The notes under the pieces are model-generated. The model did not search any database. It had not been told where the DNA came from and worked only from the letters and a program-made list of their open reading frames with translations. This document shows, one piece after another, positions 54,601-64,000 of a DNA stretch of 64,000 bases (position 1 is its first letter; the number at the start of each line of letters is the position of its first letter). A program made the position numbers and the translations under genes. The DNA comes from Felis catus (lineage: Eukaryota), in the NCBI RefSeq assembly GCF_018350175.1, contig NC_058369.1, positions 18,726,001 through 18,790,000 of the forward strand, in the 5' to 3' direction.

Positions 54601-56142
54601 GGGATTTCATGGCTGTCCGCTGGCCTATGCAATCTTTTTTTTAAATGTTTGTTTATTTTTGAGAGAGAACAGAAGTGTTAGTGGGGGAGGGGCAAAGAGA
54701 AGGAGACAGAGAATCCCAAGCAGGCTCTGCGCTGTCAGTGCAGAGCCCGACATGGGGCTCAAACCCACAAACCATGAGAGCATGACCTCAGCTGAAATCA
54801 AGAGTCAGATGCTTACCTGACTGAGCCACCCAGGCTCCCCTGGCCTACGCAGTCTTGCTGCCCCTGCCGCACCATCTTGTGAGGAACCTAGCCCTGCCAT
54901 CTTTATACCTTCTTTTCCTTCCTTTTAAATTGTGATAAAATATGCATCACACAAAATTTGCCATCTTAACCATTTTTTTTTAAGTTTGTTATTTTTGAGA
55001 GAAAGAAAGCATGCACACGTGCACTAGAGCAGGGGAGAGGCAGAGAGAGAGGGAAAGAGAGAATCCCAAGCAGGCTCCGTGCTGTCAGCACAGAGCCCTA
55101 CTCAGGGCTCGAACTCAGTGAACTATGAGATCATGACCTGAGCTGAAATCAAGAGTCAGATGCTTAACTGACCAACCGAGCCACCCAGGTGCCCCTTAGC
55201 CATTTTTTTTTAATTGTGGTAAAATGCATACAATATATTGCTTATTAACTTAGTCATTTTAAATGTATAGTTCAGTGGTGTTAAGGATATTCACATTGTT
55301 GTGCAGCCAGTCTCCAGAACCCTTTCATCTTCCCAAACTGAAACTTATCCCCCAACTCCCCATTCCTTCCTCACCTCAGTTCCTGGCACCCACCATTCTA
55401 CTTTTTGTCTACTTGACTGTTCTGGGGACCTCATATAAGTGGGATCATATAGTATCCTGCTTTGTCACTGGTTTGTTTCATTGGGCATAATGTTCTCACA
55501 GCTTTTCACCCATGTTGTAGCACGTATCAGGATTTCCTTCCTCTTTGAGGCCGTATATTCCATTGTATGTATATACCACATTTTGTCCATTCATTCATCA
55601 GTGGACGTTTGGGTTTCCACTTTTTGGCTATTGTGAATGGTGCTGCTGTGTTCATGGTGTGTACAAATACCTCTTTAAGATTCTGTTTTCGGGGCGCCTG
55701 GGTGGCGCAGTCGGTTAAGCGTCCGACTTCAGCCAGGTCACGATCTCACGGTCCGGGAGTTTGAGCCCCGCGTCGGGCTCTGGGCTGATGGCTCGGAGCC
55801 TGGAGTCTGTTTCCGATTCTGTGTCTCCCTCTCTCTCTGCCCCTCCCCCGTTCATGCTCTGTCTCTCTCTGTCTCAAAAATAAATAAACGTTGAAGATTC
55901 TGTTTTCAATTCTTTTGCGTATATACGCAGAGGTAGAATTGCTGGATTACATGGTAATTCTATTTCTCATTTTTTGAGGAACTGCCATACAGTGGCTGTA
56001 CCATTTTACATTCCTGCCAGCAGGGCACAAGAGTTCCAATTTCTTCCCATCCTTGTTGCCACTTGTTACTCTATGTATGTTTTTTGTTTTTTTGGTAGTG
56101 GCCATCTTAATCGATGTGAAGTGGTATCTCATTGTATTTATT

Positions 56143-56175
<33 letters not shown>

Positions 56176-59100
56176 ATGTATACATTTATTTTATTATTTT
56201 TTAATATGAAATTTATTGTCAAGTTGGTTTCCATACAACACCCAGTGCTCATACCAACAGGTGCCCTCCTCAATGCCCATCACACACCCTCCCCTCCCTC
56301 CCACCCCCCATCAACCCTCAGTTTTTAAGAGTCTCTTATGTTTTGGCTCCCTCCCTCTATAACCTTTTGGGTTTTTTTTTCCTTCCCCTCCCTCATGGTC
56401 TTCTGTTAAATTTCTCATGATCCATATAAGAGTGAAAACATGGTATCTTTCTCTGTATGACTTATTTCACTTAGCGTCACATTCTCCAGTTCCATCCATG
56501 TTGCTACAAAGGGCCATATTTCATTCTTTCTCATTGCCACGTAGTACTCCATTGTGTATATAAACCACAATTTCTTTATCCATTTATCAGTTGATGGACA
56601 TTTAGGCTCTTTCCATAATTTGGCTATTGTTGAAAGTGCTGCTATAAACATTGGGGTCCAAGTGCCCCTATGCATCAGCACTCCTTTATCCCTTGGGTAA
56701 ATTCCTAGCAGTGCTATTGCTGGGTCATAGGGTAGTTCTATTTTTAATTTTTTGAGGAACCTCCACACTGTTTTCCAGAGCGGCTGCACCAGTTTGCATT
56801 CCCACCAACAGTGCAAGAGGGTTCCCGTTTCTCCACATCCTCTCCAGCATCTATAGTCTCCTGATTTGTTCATTTTAGCCACTCTGACTGGCGTGAGGTG
56901 GTATCTGAGTGTGGTTTTGATTTGTATTTCCCTGATGAGTGACATTGAGCATCTTTTCATGTGCCTGTTGGCCATCTGGATGTCTTCTTTAGAGAAGTGT
57001 CTATTCATGTTTTCTGCCCATTTCTTCACTGGATTATTTGTTTTTTGGGTGTGGAGTTTGGTGATCATTGTGGTTTTGATTTGAATTTCCCTGTTGAGTA
57101 TCTTTTCATGTGCTTATTGGACACATGTATATCTTCTTTGGAGAAAGGTCTATTCAAGTGCATTTGCCCATTTTTAATAGGATTGTTTGGTTTTTGTTGT
57201 TTTGTAGGAATTATTTATATACATTGGATATTGACTCCTTATCAGATTATGATTTACAGGTATTTTCTCTTCTTCTGTGAGTTGTCCTTCCACTCTGTAG
57301 ATGGTGTCCTTTGCTGCACAGTTCATTTTGATAAAGTCCAATTTATTTTTTCTTTTTTTGCCTGTGTTTTTGTTGTCACAGCCCAAAAGTCGGTGTTAAA
57401 TCCAAGGTCATGAAGTCCTCTCCCCATGCTTTCTTCTAAGAGTTATATAGTTTTAGCTTGTAAGTTTGGGTATTTGATCCATTTTGAGTTAATTTTTGTT
57501 TAAGCTATAAGGCAGTGGTCCAACTTTATTCTTTTGCATATGGAAATTCAATTTTCTCAGCACCATTTATTGAAAAGACTGTCCTTTCCTCAATGAATGG
57601 TCTTGACAATCCTTGTCAAAAATCCTTTGACCATATATATGTGAGTTTATTTCTGGGCTCTCTGGTCTGTATGACTATCTTTATGCCAGTATCACACTAT
57701 CTTGATTATTGTAGCTTTGCAATAAGTTTTGAAATCAGGAAGTGTAAGATCTCCAACTTTGTTCTATTTCGAGGTTGTTTTGCCTGTTTGAGTCCCTTGG
57801 GACTCCATATGAATTTTAGGATAGATTTTTCTATTTCTGCAAAAAATGCCATTGGGATTTTGATAGGGATTGCATTAAATCTATACTTTGCTTTGGTTAG
57901 TATTGTCATCTTAACAATATTAAATCTTCCAGTCCTTGAACATGGAATATTTTTCCATTTATTTGTGTGTTTTAAAATTTCTGTCAGCAACATCATATAG
58001 TTTTCAGTGTACAAGTTTTTCACCTTCTTGGTTATATTTATACCTATTTCATTCTTTTTGATTCTAATGTAAGTGGGATTATTTTTCTGATTTCCTTTTT
58101 GGATTGTTCATTGCTAGTGTGTAGAAAAACAACTGACTTTTGTGTATGAATTTTATATCCTGCATGTTTCCTGAATTCATTTATTCTAACAGATTTTTTG
58201 TGTATGTGGATTCTTTTTTTTAATTTTAGTTATTAAGAATTTTTTTTTATGTTTCTTATTTTTGAGAGAGCAATAGGGCGCGAGTGGGGGAGGAGCAGAG
58301 AGGGAGACACAGAATCTGAAGCAGGCTTCAGGCTCTGAGCTGTCAGCACAGAGCCTGACGCGGGGCTTGAACCCATGAACCGCAAGATCATGACCTGAGC
58401 CCAAGTCAGTTTCTTAACTGACTGAGCCACCCAGGTGGCCCTAATTTTAGTTTTTTAACATACAGTACAATATTGGTTTCAGCAGTAGACTTTAGTGATT
58501 CATCACTTACCTACAACACCCAGTGCTCATCACAGCAGGTGCCTTCCTTAATACCTATCACCTATTTAACCCATTCCCCCATCCACCTCCCTCCATCAAC
58601 CCTCAGTTTGTTCTCTATTATTATGAGTCTCTTGTGGTTTGTTTCCCTCTCTTCTCCTTTTTTTCCCTCTCTTCCCTTATGTTCATCTGTTTTGTTTCAT
58701 AAGTTCAACATATAAGTAAAATCATATGGTATTTGTCTTGCTCTGATTGACTTATTTCGCTTAGCATAATACATTCTAGCTCCATCTACATCATTGCAAA
58801 TGGCAAGATTTCATTCTTTTTGATGGCTGAGTTATATTCCATTGTAGATATATACCACATCTTCTTTATCCATTCATCAATCGATGAACATTTAGGCTCT
58901 CTCCATACTTTGGCTATTGTTGATGATGCTGCTATAAACCTTTGAATCTGTATTCTTGTATCCTTTGGGTAAATACCTACCAGTGCAATTGCTAGATCGT
59001 AGGGTAGTTCTATTTTTTTGAGGAACCAGCAGTGCAAAAACGTTCCCCTTTCTGCACATCCTTGCCAACACCTGTTGTTTCTTGTATTGTTTTTGTTGTT

Positions 59101-62100
59101 GTTGTTGTTGTTGTTTTTAATGCTTATTTTTTTTTTTTTTAATTTTTTTTTTCAACGTTTATTTATTTTTGGGACAGAGAGAGACAGAGTATGAACGGGC
59201 GAGGGGCAGAGAGAGAGGGAGACACAGAATCGGAAACAGGCTCCAGGCTCTGAGCCATCAGCCCAGAGCCTGACACGGGGCTCGAACTCACGGAGTGCGA
59301 GATCGTGACCTGGCTGAAGTCGGACGCTCAACCGACTGCGCCACCCAGGCGCCCCAATTTAATGCTTATTTTTGAGAGAGAGAGAGAGCGGGGAGAGGGG
59401 CAGAGAGAGAGAGGGAGACAGAGGATCTGAAGTGGGCTCTGTGCTGATAGCAGAAAGCCCGATGTGGGACTCAAACTCATAAACTTCAAGATCATGACCC
59501 AAACCAAAGTTGGACACTTAACTGACTGAACCACCCAGGTGCCCCATCTTATGTTGTTAATTTTAGCCATTCTGACAGGTGTGAGGTGGTATCTCATCAT
59601 GGTTTTGATTTGTATTTCCCTGATGACAAGTGACAAGCATTTTTTCTTGTGTCTGTTAGCCATCTGGATGTCTTCTTTGGCAAAGTGTCTATCCATGCCT
59701 TCAGCTCATTTTTTAAGTGGGTTATTTGTTGTTTGGGTGTTGAGTTTGATAAGTTTTTTATAGATTTTGAATACTAGCCCTTTATCTGATATGTCATTTG
59801 CAAATATTTTCTCAAATATCTTCTTCGGTAGGCTGCCTTTTATTTTGCTGATTGTTTCCTTCACTGTGCAGAAGCTTTTTATCTTGATGAGGTCCCAATA
59901 GTTCATTTTTGCTTTTGTTTCCTTTGCCTCCAGTGATGTGTCTAGTAAGAAGTAGCTGCGGCCGAGGTCAAAGAGGTTTTTGCCTGCTTTCTCCTCTAGG
60001 ATTTTGGTGGTTTCCTGTCTCACATTTAGGTCTTTCGTCATTTTGGTTTTATTTTTGTGTATGGTGTAAGAAAGTGGCCCAGGTTCATTCTTCTGCATGT
60101 TGCTGTCCAGTTTTCCTAACCCCATTTGTTGAAGAGACTTTTTTCCACTGGATATTCTTTCCTGCTTTGTCGAATTTTTTGCTAGATTCTTGAGGGTTTT
60201 CTACGTATAAGATCACGTCATTTGCGAATGGGGATAATTTTACTCCTTTATTTCCAATTTGGATGACTTTTACTTCTTTTTCTTTCCTAATTGCTCTGGC
60301 TAGGACTTCCAGTACTGTGTTGAATAGAAGTAGTAAAAGTGGGCATCTTTGTCTTGTTCCTGATCTTAGAGAAAACGCTTTCAGTTTTTCACCATTGAGT
60401 GTGATGTTCTCTGTGGGCTTTTCATAACACAGCCCTTGCTATGTTGAACTGCTTTCTTCTCCATCTTCAGTGCTCACCCTCCTGCCTCCTGCTCATTCAC
60501 TTTCTCCCATTAGTAAAGAGAACAGTCCGTGATGCCCCTCCCTTGACTCTACATCTGCTTACAGAAACCACTCCCTTCCAACAATCATTCCCCTCTTCCT
60601 TGTCTGTATCACAGCTTCTTCATCTTCCCTTCACTCTTGGTCCAACACAGGTTCCTCCACCTCTCTGGAATAGTCTTGCACGGTCCCTCCCAAGCCCCCC
60701 GCCCCCTTTGCAGACACATCCCTCCCCCCCCCCCCCCCCCCCCCCCGCAATGCAGTGGCTCCCTGGGTGCATAAGTTCCATCCCCTCTTTAGACTTGGTC
60801 TTCTCTGGCCTTCTGTGGCAGTATGCTTCCAGCAGGCCTTCTGGCTCAGGCCCACCCTCTGACCCCTGCTTGTGTCTTCTCGGGTTTTCAAGTTTGAGGC
60901 ACATCAGAGCTGGTGTCAAGTCCAGATGCTCCGACTCTGAGAGATTTGGGTGGTCTGGGCTGGGGCCTGGGACTTTGCTCTGCTCTGCTCGGTGACCCCT
61001 CCTGGGCACAGACCATGTGGAACAAGGCCCTTGGCAGGTTTGCTTTCTATGGCCTCTGTTGCATGTAATCATGCTCTTCAACACCACCTCTTTGGGGACA
61101 TTTTTAGGCACCATATGCTGTACATATCCTAAGCCACATCCCCTCTGCCCTGGACACCAGGCCTGCTTCTCTTCCGGTACTTCTGACCTCCACGGAGGTT
61201 CCATCACCCCCAGAAATGTGGGCCCTGTTTGGTGCAGCCGGTCCCTTGCCCCCACAGCCCATCGGTGCTTCCCCATTCCTGGCCTTCCAGTCCTTTGTCT
61301 GCTGTCTTGGGCCTAGATGAGGCCATGTAGCTTCTTTACTGTCCTGCCCCCACTCGTCCCTGCATCTCCTTTTGCACTGGGCAGTGCTCCAACTCAGACT
61401 TATGGTCACATGACACCTTCTCACTTAAAACCTTGTGTACCTTTACTAATGCAAGCCAGAATTCTGATCTAGGCTGGGGTGTTGCCTCTCCAGGCACAGG
61501 GTGCACCCCCTTGCCTATCAAGCATGTGACTGCCCTGCCTGAGCCACTAACGAGGAGGCCTTTCCCGAGCCCCAGACTGTGCCCTGCCCCTTGCAACCCT
61601 TTCTACGAACAGCCTAGCAGCACCCCTTGTGCCTCCTATAGGAGAAGATGCTAGATATCTACTGGCTACTACGCGTCTGCCTGCGGACCGTCGAGCATGG
61701 CGACCGCACAGGTTCTCTCTTTGCCTTCATGCCTGAGTTCTACTTGAGCGTGGCCATCAACAGCTACAGTGCTCTCAAGAATTACTTTGGCCCCGTGCAC
61801 AGCATGGAGGAGCTCCCAGGTGACAAAACCATTCAGGCCGGGAGGGGGCAGGAAAAGGGCCTTTATTGTAAACCCTTAGCAACCCTGTTCTGCACACATG
61901 GCCCAGCAGCACACATCCGTGTAGGAAAGAGGGGAGGTAGCCCCTGTTCTCTTTGGTCCTGTGTTAGACAAGCATCTGCAAAAGCCCCACATGGTGGAGA
62001 GCCCTGCCCTGGTATTAGCGGCCACAGAGCCAACAGCTTCTCCCGGATGCTAGGAAGGAAAGAGACAGGATGGAGTGCCGGAGTGGGGGCCCCTCCGCTT

Positions 62101-63355
62101 TCACTTCCTTCTTGCTGTGGTACGGGAGCCGGTTGGCCTCACACAGACACCCTGGCACTGCACATGGGATGTGGCAGCCCATGCAAAGGCAGAGCGGCTT
62201 GTGTTTGCAGATCGCAGTAAAGGGTGGTGGTACCCTGCTGGAGGCCATACGTAGGAGCTTGGGCTTCTTGCAGACTACTGATTTCAGGCTGGGTTTGGTG
62301 GTTTATGTCTGGATCAGGCTGTGGGCTGTCAGGCCCCTGGCCTGTCCCCTGCCCCGCCCCAGGCCTAGGTGCAGGCTTTGTCCTCAGAGGCGGAGCCATG
62401 GGTGCCCAAGGGGCTTTGACTGCTGAGCCATCAAGTGTGTGTGCGGAGATGGGTTTGAGCCCAGTCAGGACTCTTGCAGGACCCGTCCTCCCCCACAGTG
62501 AGTCTGTGCAATGGCCTCTCACAGTCAGTGAATGCCATGCCCAAAGTCCCTAGATGACAGCTTGGGCCCAGACTGGCCCTTGAAGTCAGCTCTGGAGCCC
62601 GCTGCCCAAGCCCACTCACCCTGCCAAGGGACGTGCCTGCCTCTGGAACCCCTGCTCCCGGCCAAGCACTCCTACTGCCCCATCCTGCAGGCTATGAAGA
62701 GACTCTGACACGCCTGGCTGCCATCCTTGCCAAACACTTTGCCGATACACGCATCGTGGGCACTGGTGAGGTGCCCTACAAAGGGCTTGGGGATATGGGG
62801 ATGGGATGGCACTTCTGGCTGGCCGTTTTTTGCAGAATGCCGGCCAGGTGGGCTTGAGGCATGGGGGCCGGGGCTCATGCCAGCTACCTGCTGAGGCACA
62901 GCCTGTCCCAACAGACATCCGTGACTCGCTGATGCAGGCCCTGGCTAGCTACGTGTGCTACCCACACTCCCTGCGGGCTGTGGAGCGGATCCCTGAGGAG
63001 CAGTGAGTGGGGGTCGGAGCAGGGAGGCGGGCACTCTGACCTGCACAGCACCATGTCTGGCCTCACCCTGTGCCCACCACCCCTTGCCCTTGCAGGCGTA
63101 TTGCCATGGTAAGGAGCCTCCTGGCTCCCTATGAGCAGCGGCCCTGGGCCCAGACCAACTGGATCCTGGTGCGACTCTGGAGGGTAAGTGTGGTTGGATG
63201 GGAAGTGGCTATGGCTGGCTGAAGGGGAGGGTTTCCCTGCCTCCCTGACCCCCACTGACCCTACCCACAGGGCTGTGGCTTTGGGTACCGCTATACACGG
63301 CTGCCGCACCTGCTGAAAACCAAGCCAGAGGATGCCAACTTGCCTAGCCTCCAGA
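40712..63355 (+). CDS. RNF123: E3 ubiquitin ligase RNF123 (KPC1), 3'-partial, coding exons 2-31; join(40712..40793,41075..41159,43774..43853,43999..44093,44483..44537,44659..44744,45016..45102,45330..45397,45594..45719,46102..46216,46295..46399,46818..46943,47095..47187,47260..47333,48132..48249,48443..48542,48796..48857,49041..49112,49331..49451,50083..50184,51404..51510,51755..51953,52290..52435,52726..52809,53600..53707,61642..61819,62691..62765,62915..63002,63096..63183,63271..63355)
   Basis: Starts [28 protein letters not shown]. It has a SPRY domain (GKWVYEV...MQIGW...[13 protein letters not shown]...YFPAISL) and later [16 protein letters not shown] and [16 protein letters not shown]. 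3,010 nt splice in frame. The RING domain lies beyond the window. Confidence 0.97.
41711..41851 (-). mobile_element. Old L1 (L1M-type) 3'-end fragment in RNF123 intron 3
   Basis: TTTTATTGAGAAATAATTGACATATAATGAACTACATGTATTTAAAG matches an antisense L1 3' terminus. Confidence 0.6.
45720..46101 (+). other. U12-type AT-AC intron (RNF123 intron 10)
   Basis: 5' ATATCCTTTT, branch TGGCTTAAC about 10 nt upstream of a terminal CAC. Removal gives the in-frame junction [14 protein letters not shown]. Confidence 0.93.
47334..48131 (+). other. U12-type GT-AG intron (RNF123 intron 15)
   Basis: 5' GTATCCTTTCC, branch TGCCTTGAC at 48114-48122, no polypyrimidine tract (AACCACCAG). The junction reads [12 protein letters not shown]. 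Confidence 0.9.
48584..48636. repeat. (TG)26 microsatellite in RNF123 intron 17
   Basis: Direct read. Confidence 0.95.
50440..51260 (-). mobile_element. Degraded LINE-2 remnant in RNF123 intron 21
   Basis: Purine-rich L2-like motifs such as GAGTCAAAGATGACCCCAGGCTTCCTGCCCGAG. Boundaries are approximate. Confidence 0.45.
54635..54840 (-). mobile_element. CAN-SINE (tRNA-derived carnivore SINE)
   Basis: Antisense head ...CTGAGCCACCCAGGCTCCCC, GA-rich body and poly-T. TSD TGGCCTATGCAATC/TGGCCTACGCAGTC. Confidence 0.9.
54973..55195 (-). mobile_element. CAN-SINE
   Basis: Antisense head ...GAGCCACCCAGGTGCCCC, flanked by TTAACCATTTT/TTAGCCATTTT. Confidence 0.9.
55691..55893 (+). mobile_element. Young feliform CAN-SINE (SINEC_Fc-like)
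   Basis: GGGGCGCCTGGGTGGCGCAGTCGGTTAAGCGTCCGACTTCAGCCAGGTCACGATCTC..., CT-rich region, AAATAAATAAACG. Perfect 14-bp TSD AAGATTCTGTTTTC (55677-55690/55894-55907). CpGs are retained. Confidence 0.95.
56136..57064 (-). mobile_element. Younger 5'-truncated L1 (ORF2 C-terminus + 3' UTR) nested in the old L1
   Basis: ORF 56415-57068 encodes [26 protein letters not shown] (L1 ORF2 Cys-rich domain). TSD TCATTGT (56129-56135/57065-57071). The tail has decayed to (TA)n(TG)n. Confidence 0.9.
58232..58441 (-). mobile_element. CAN-SINE inserted in the tail of the second nested L1
   Basis: Antisense head ...GAGCCACCCAGGTGGCCC. TSD TAATTTTAGTT (58221-58231/58442-58452). Confidence 0.9.
59092..59545 (-). 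mobile_element. Older CAN-SINE whose tail is interrupted by a younger SINE
   Basis: Head ...AACCACCCAGGTGCCCC ends at 59545, with a (GTT)n-decayed tail. TSD TCTTGTATTGTT/TCTTATGTTGTT (59080-59091/59547-59558). Confidence 0.85.
59130..59355 (-). mobile_element. Young feliform CAN-SINE nested in an older SINE
   Basis: Antisense ...GGCTGAAGTCGGACGCTCAACCGACTGCGCCACCCAGGCGCCCC with long poly-T. TSD TTTAATGCTTATTT (59116/59358). Confidence 0.92.
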
Positions 63356-64000
63356 GTGAGTGTCCAGGTTGGGTGACCCGATGGCTCTGGCCCACTGCTG
63401 TTGGTCTTCTTGGACTCTTCTCGCTTCTCCTGGCCTGTCTCCCGGACTCCTGTTGGGCCCCAGCTCTGGCCCCCGGCATTTCCATTTCCCTGCTTCCTCC
63501 CAGTCCAAGGACACTCTGGGACACCTCCCCCTTGCTCCCCTGTCCCATGTGTGTCCTTTGGGCCTGAATGCTGTGCATGGGTCATGGTGAAAAGGGGCAG
63601 CATCTTCTCAGGGTGCTGGCAGCTTACTCAGAGTGAGGACTCCGAACCAGCTCCCTGACCTCCAGCCTCGTCCTGGCACCGTGTCCACCTCCCACTTCAG
63701 TGTACTTGAGTCAAGGCAGGGGCACAGACTGGGGCTTGGTCAGGGCCCCAGAGGGTGCCCATGGCGTTCCCAAGAGGAAGGGGAATTTGGTTGGGGGCAG
63801 AGGTTGTACTGTCTCTCCAGGGGCCATGGATGGCCCAGCAAAGCCCTGTGAGCCTGAGGACCTTCACCTAGGCCCCTCCTGGGTCCTGGGTTTTCTGCCT
63901 TGCAGTCTGCCTGCCATACTGTGCACTCACCCCACTTGGTGGTTTTCCTAGGCCTATGTGATGTGTTTCTGCCTTTATGGGCAGGGTTTTTGCACAAAAG

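Larger units (their letters stand above)
58216..60175 (-). mobile_element. Second nested carnivore L1, 5'-truncated
   Basis: Carnivore-type 3' UTR (ACAACACCCAGTGCTCATCAC) and ORF2 fragments ([30 protein letters not shown]). The host L1 resumes after GATTCTT (~58209/60185). Confidence 0.8.
54921..60450 (-). mobile_element. Old 5'-truncated L1 (L1MA/MB-like) interrupted by two younger L1s and five SINEs
   Basis: Antisense 3' UTR (TTAAATTGTGATAAAA...; GTTCAGTGGTGTTAAGGATATTCAC). ORF2 remnants include [37 protein letters not shown] (57706-58023). Confidence 0.85.

Noticed and set aside
55691..55775. tRNA-like sequence with A/B boxes
   Set aside because: It is the tRNA-derived head of a CAN-SINE with a CT-rich body and TSD, not a tRNA gene.
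56415..57068. 217-aa minus-strand ORF as a nested host gene
   Set aside because: It is the L1 ORF2 C-terminus of a 5'-truncated copy lacking ORF1, endonuclease and RT.
60441..61276. 184-aa and 218-aa ORFs around a long poly-C tract
   Set aside because: Low-complexity intronic sequence. Homopolymer length (also at ~18690, ~19420, ~43600) is unreliable and there is no coding signature.
53708..61641. Nested AMIGO3 (or GMPPB) expected from human synteny
   Set aside because: No LRR/Ig or nucleotidyltransferase ORF is seen. These genes should lie further 3', beyond the window.

Overview
Mammalian (felid-like) genomic DNA, syntenic with the human 3p21.31 block BSN-APEH-MST1-RNF123. The felid call rests on feliform-type CAN-SINEs. 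The window starts inside BSN intron 3. It holds the 3' part of BSN/Bassoon (+; 7 coding exons including a 6,648-bp exon, 3,413 aa in window, stop 15390-15392, spliced 3' UTR to about 22.0 kb). It then holds a complete APEH (+; 22 exons, 732 aa) and a complete MST1/HGFL/MSP (-; 18 exons, 711 aa, or 725 aa from an upstream ATG). It ends in RNF123/KPC1 (+; coding exons 2-31, 1,003 codons, running off the window end). All exon boundaries were read by hand and splice in frame with no premature stops. Exon numbering follows my recollection of the human orthologues. I found no clearly new biological system. The most notable observations are two minor-spliceosome (U12) introns in RNF123 (one AT-AC, one GT-AG), introns in the BSN 3' UTR placed so as to predict EJC-dependent NMD, a second cluster of LC8-type xQT motifs in Bassoon, uORFs in the RNF123 leader, and a four-level nested L1/SINE stack with readable target-site duplications in RNF123 intron 26.
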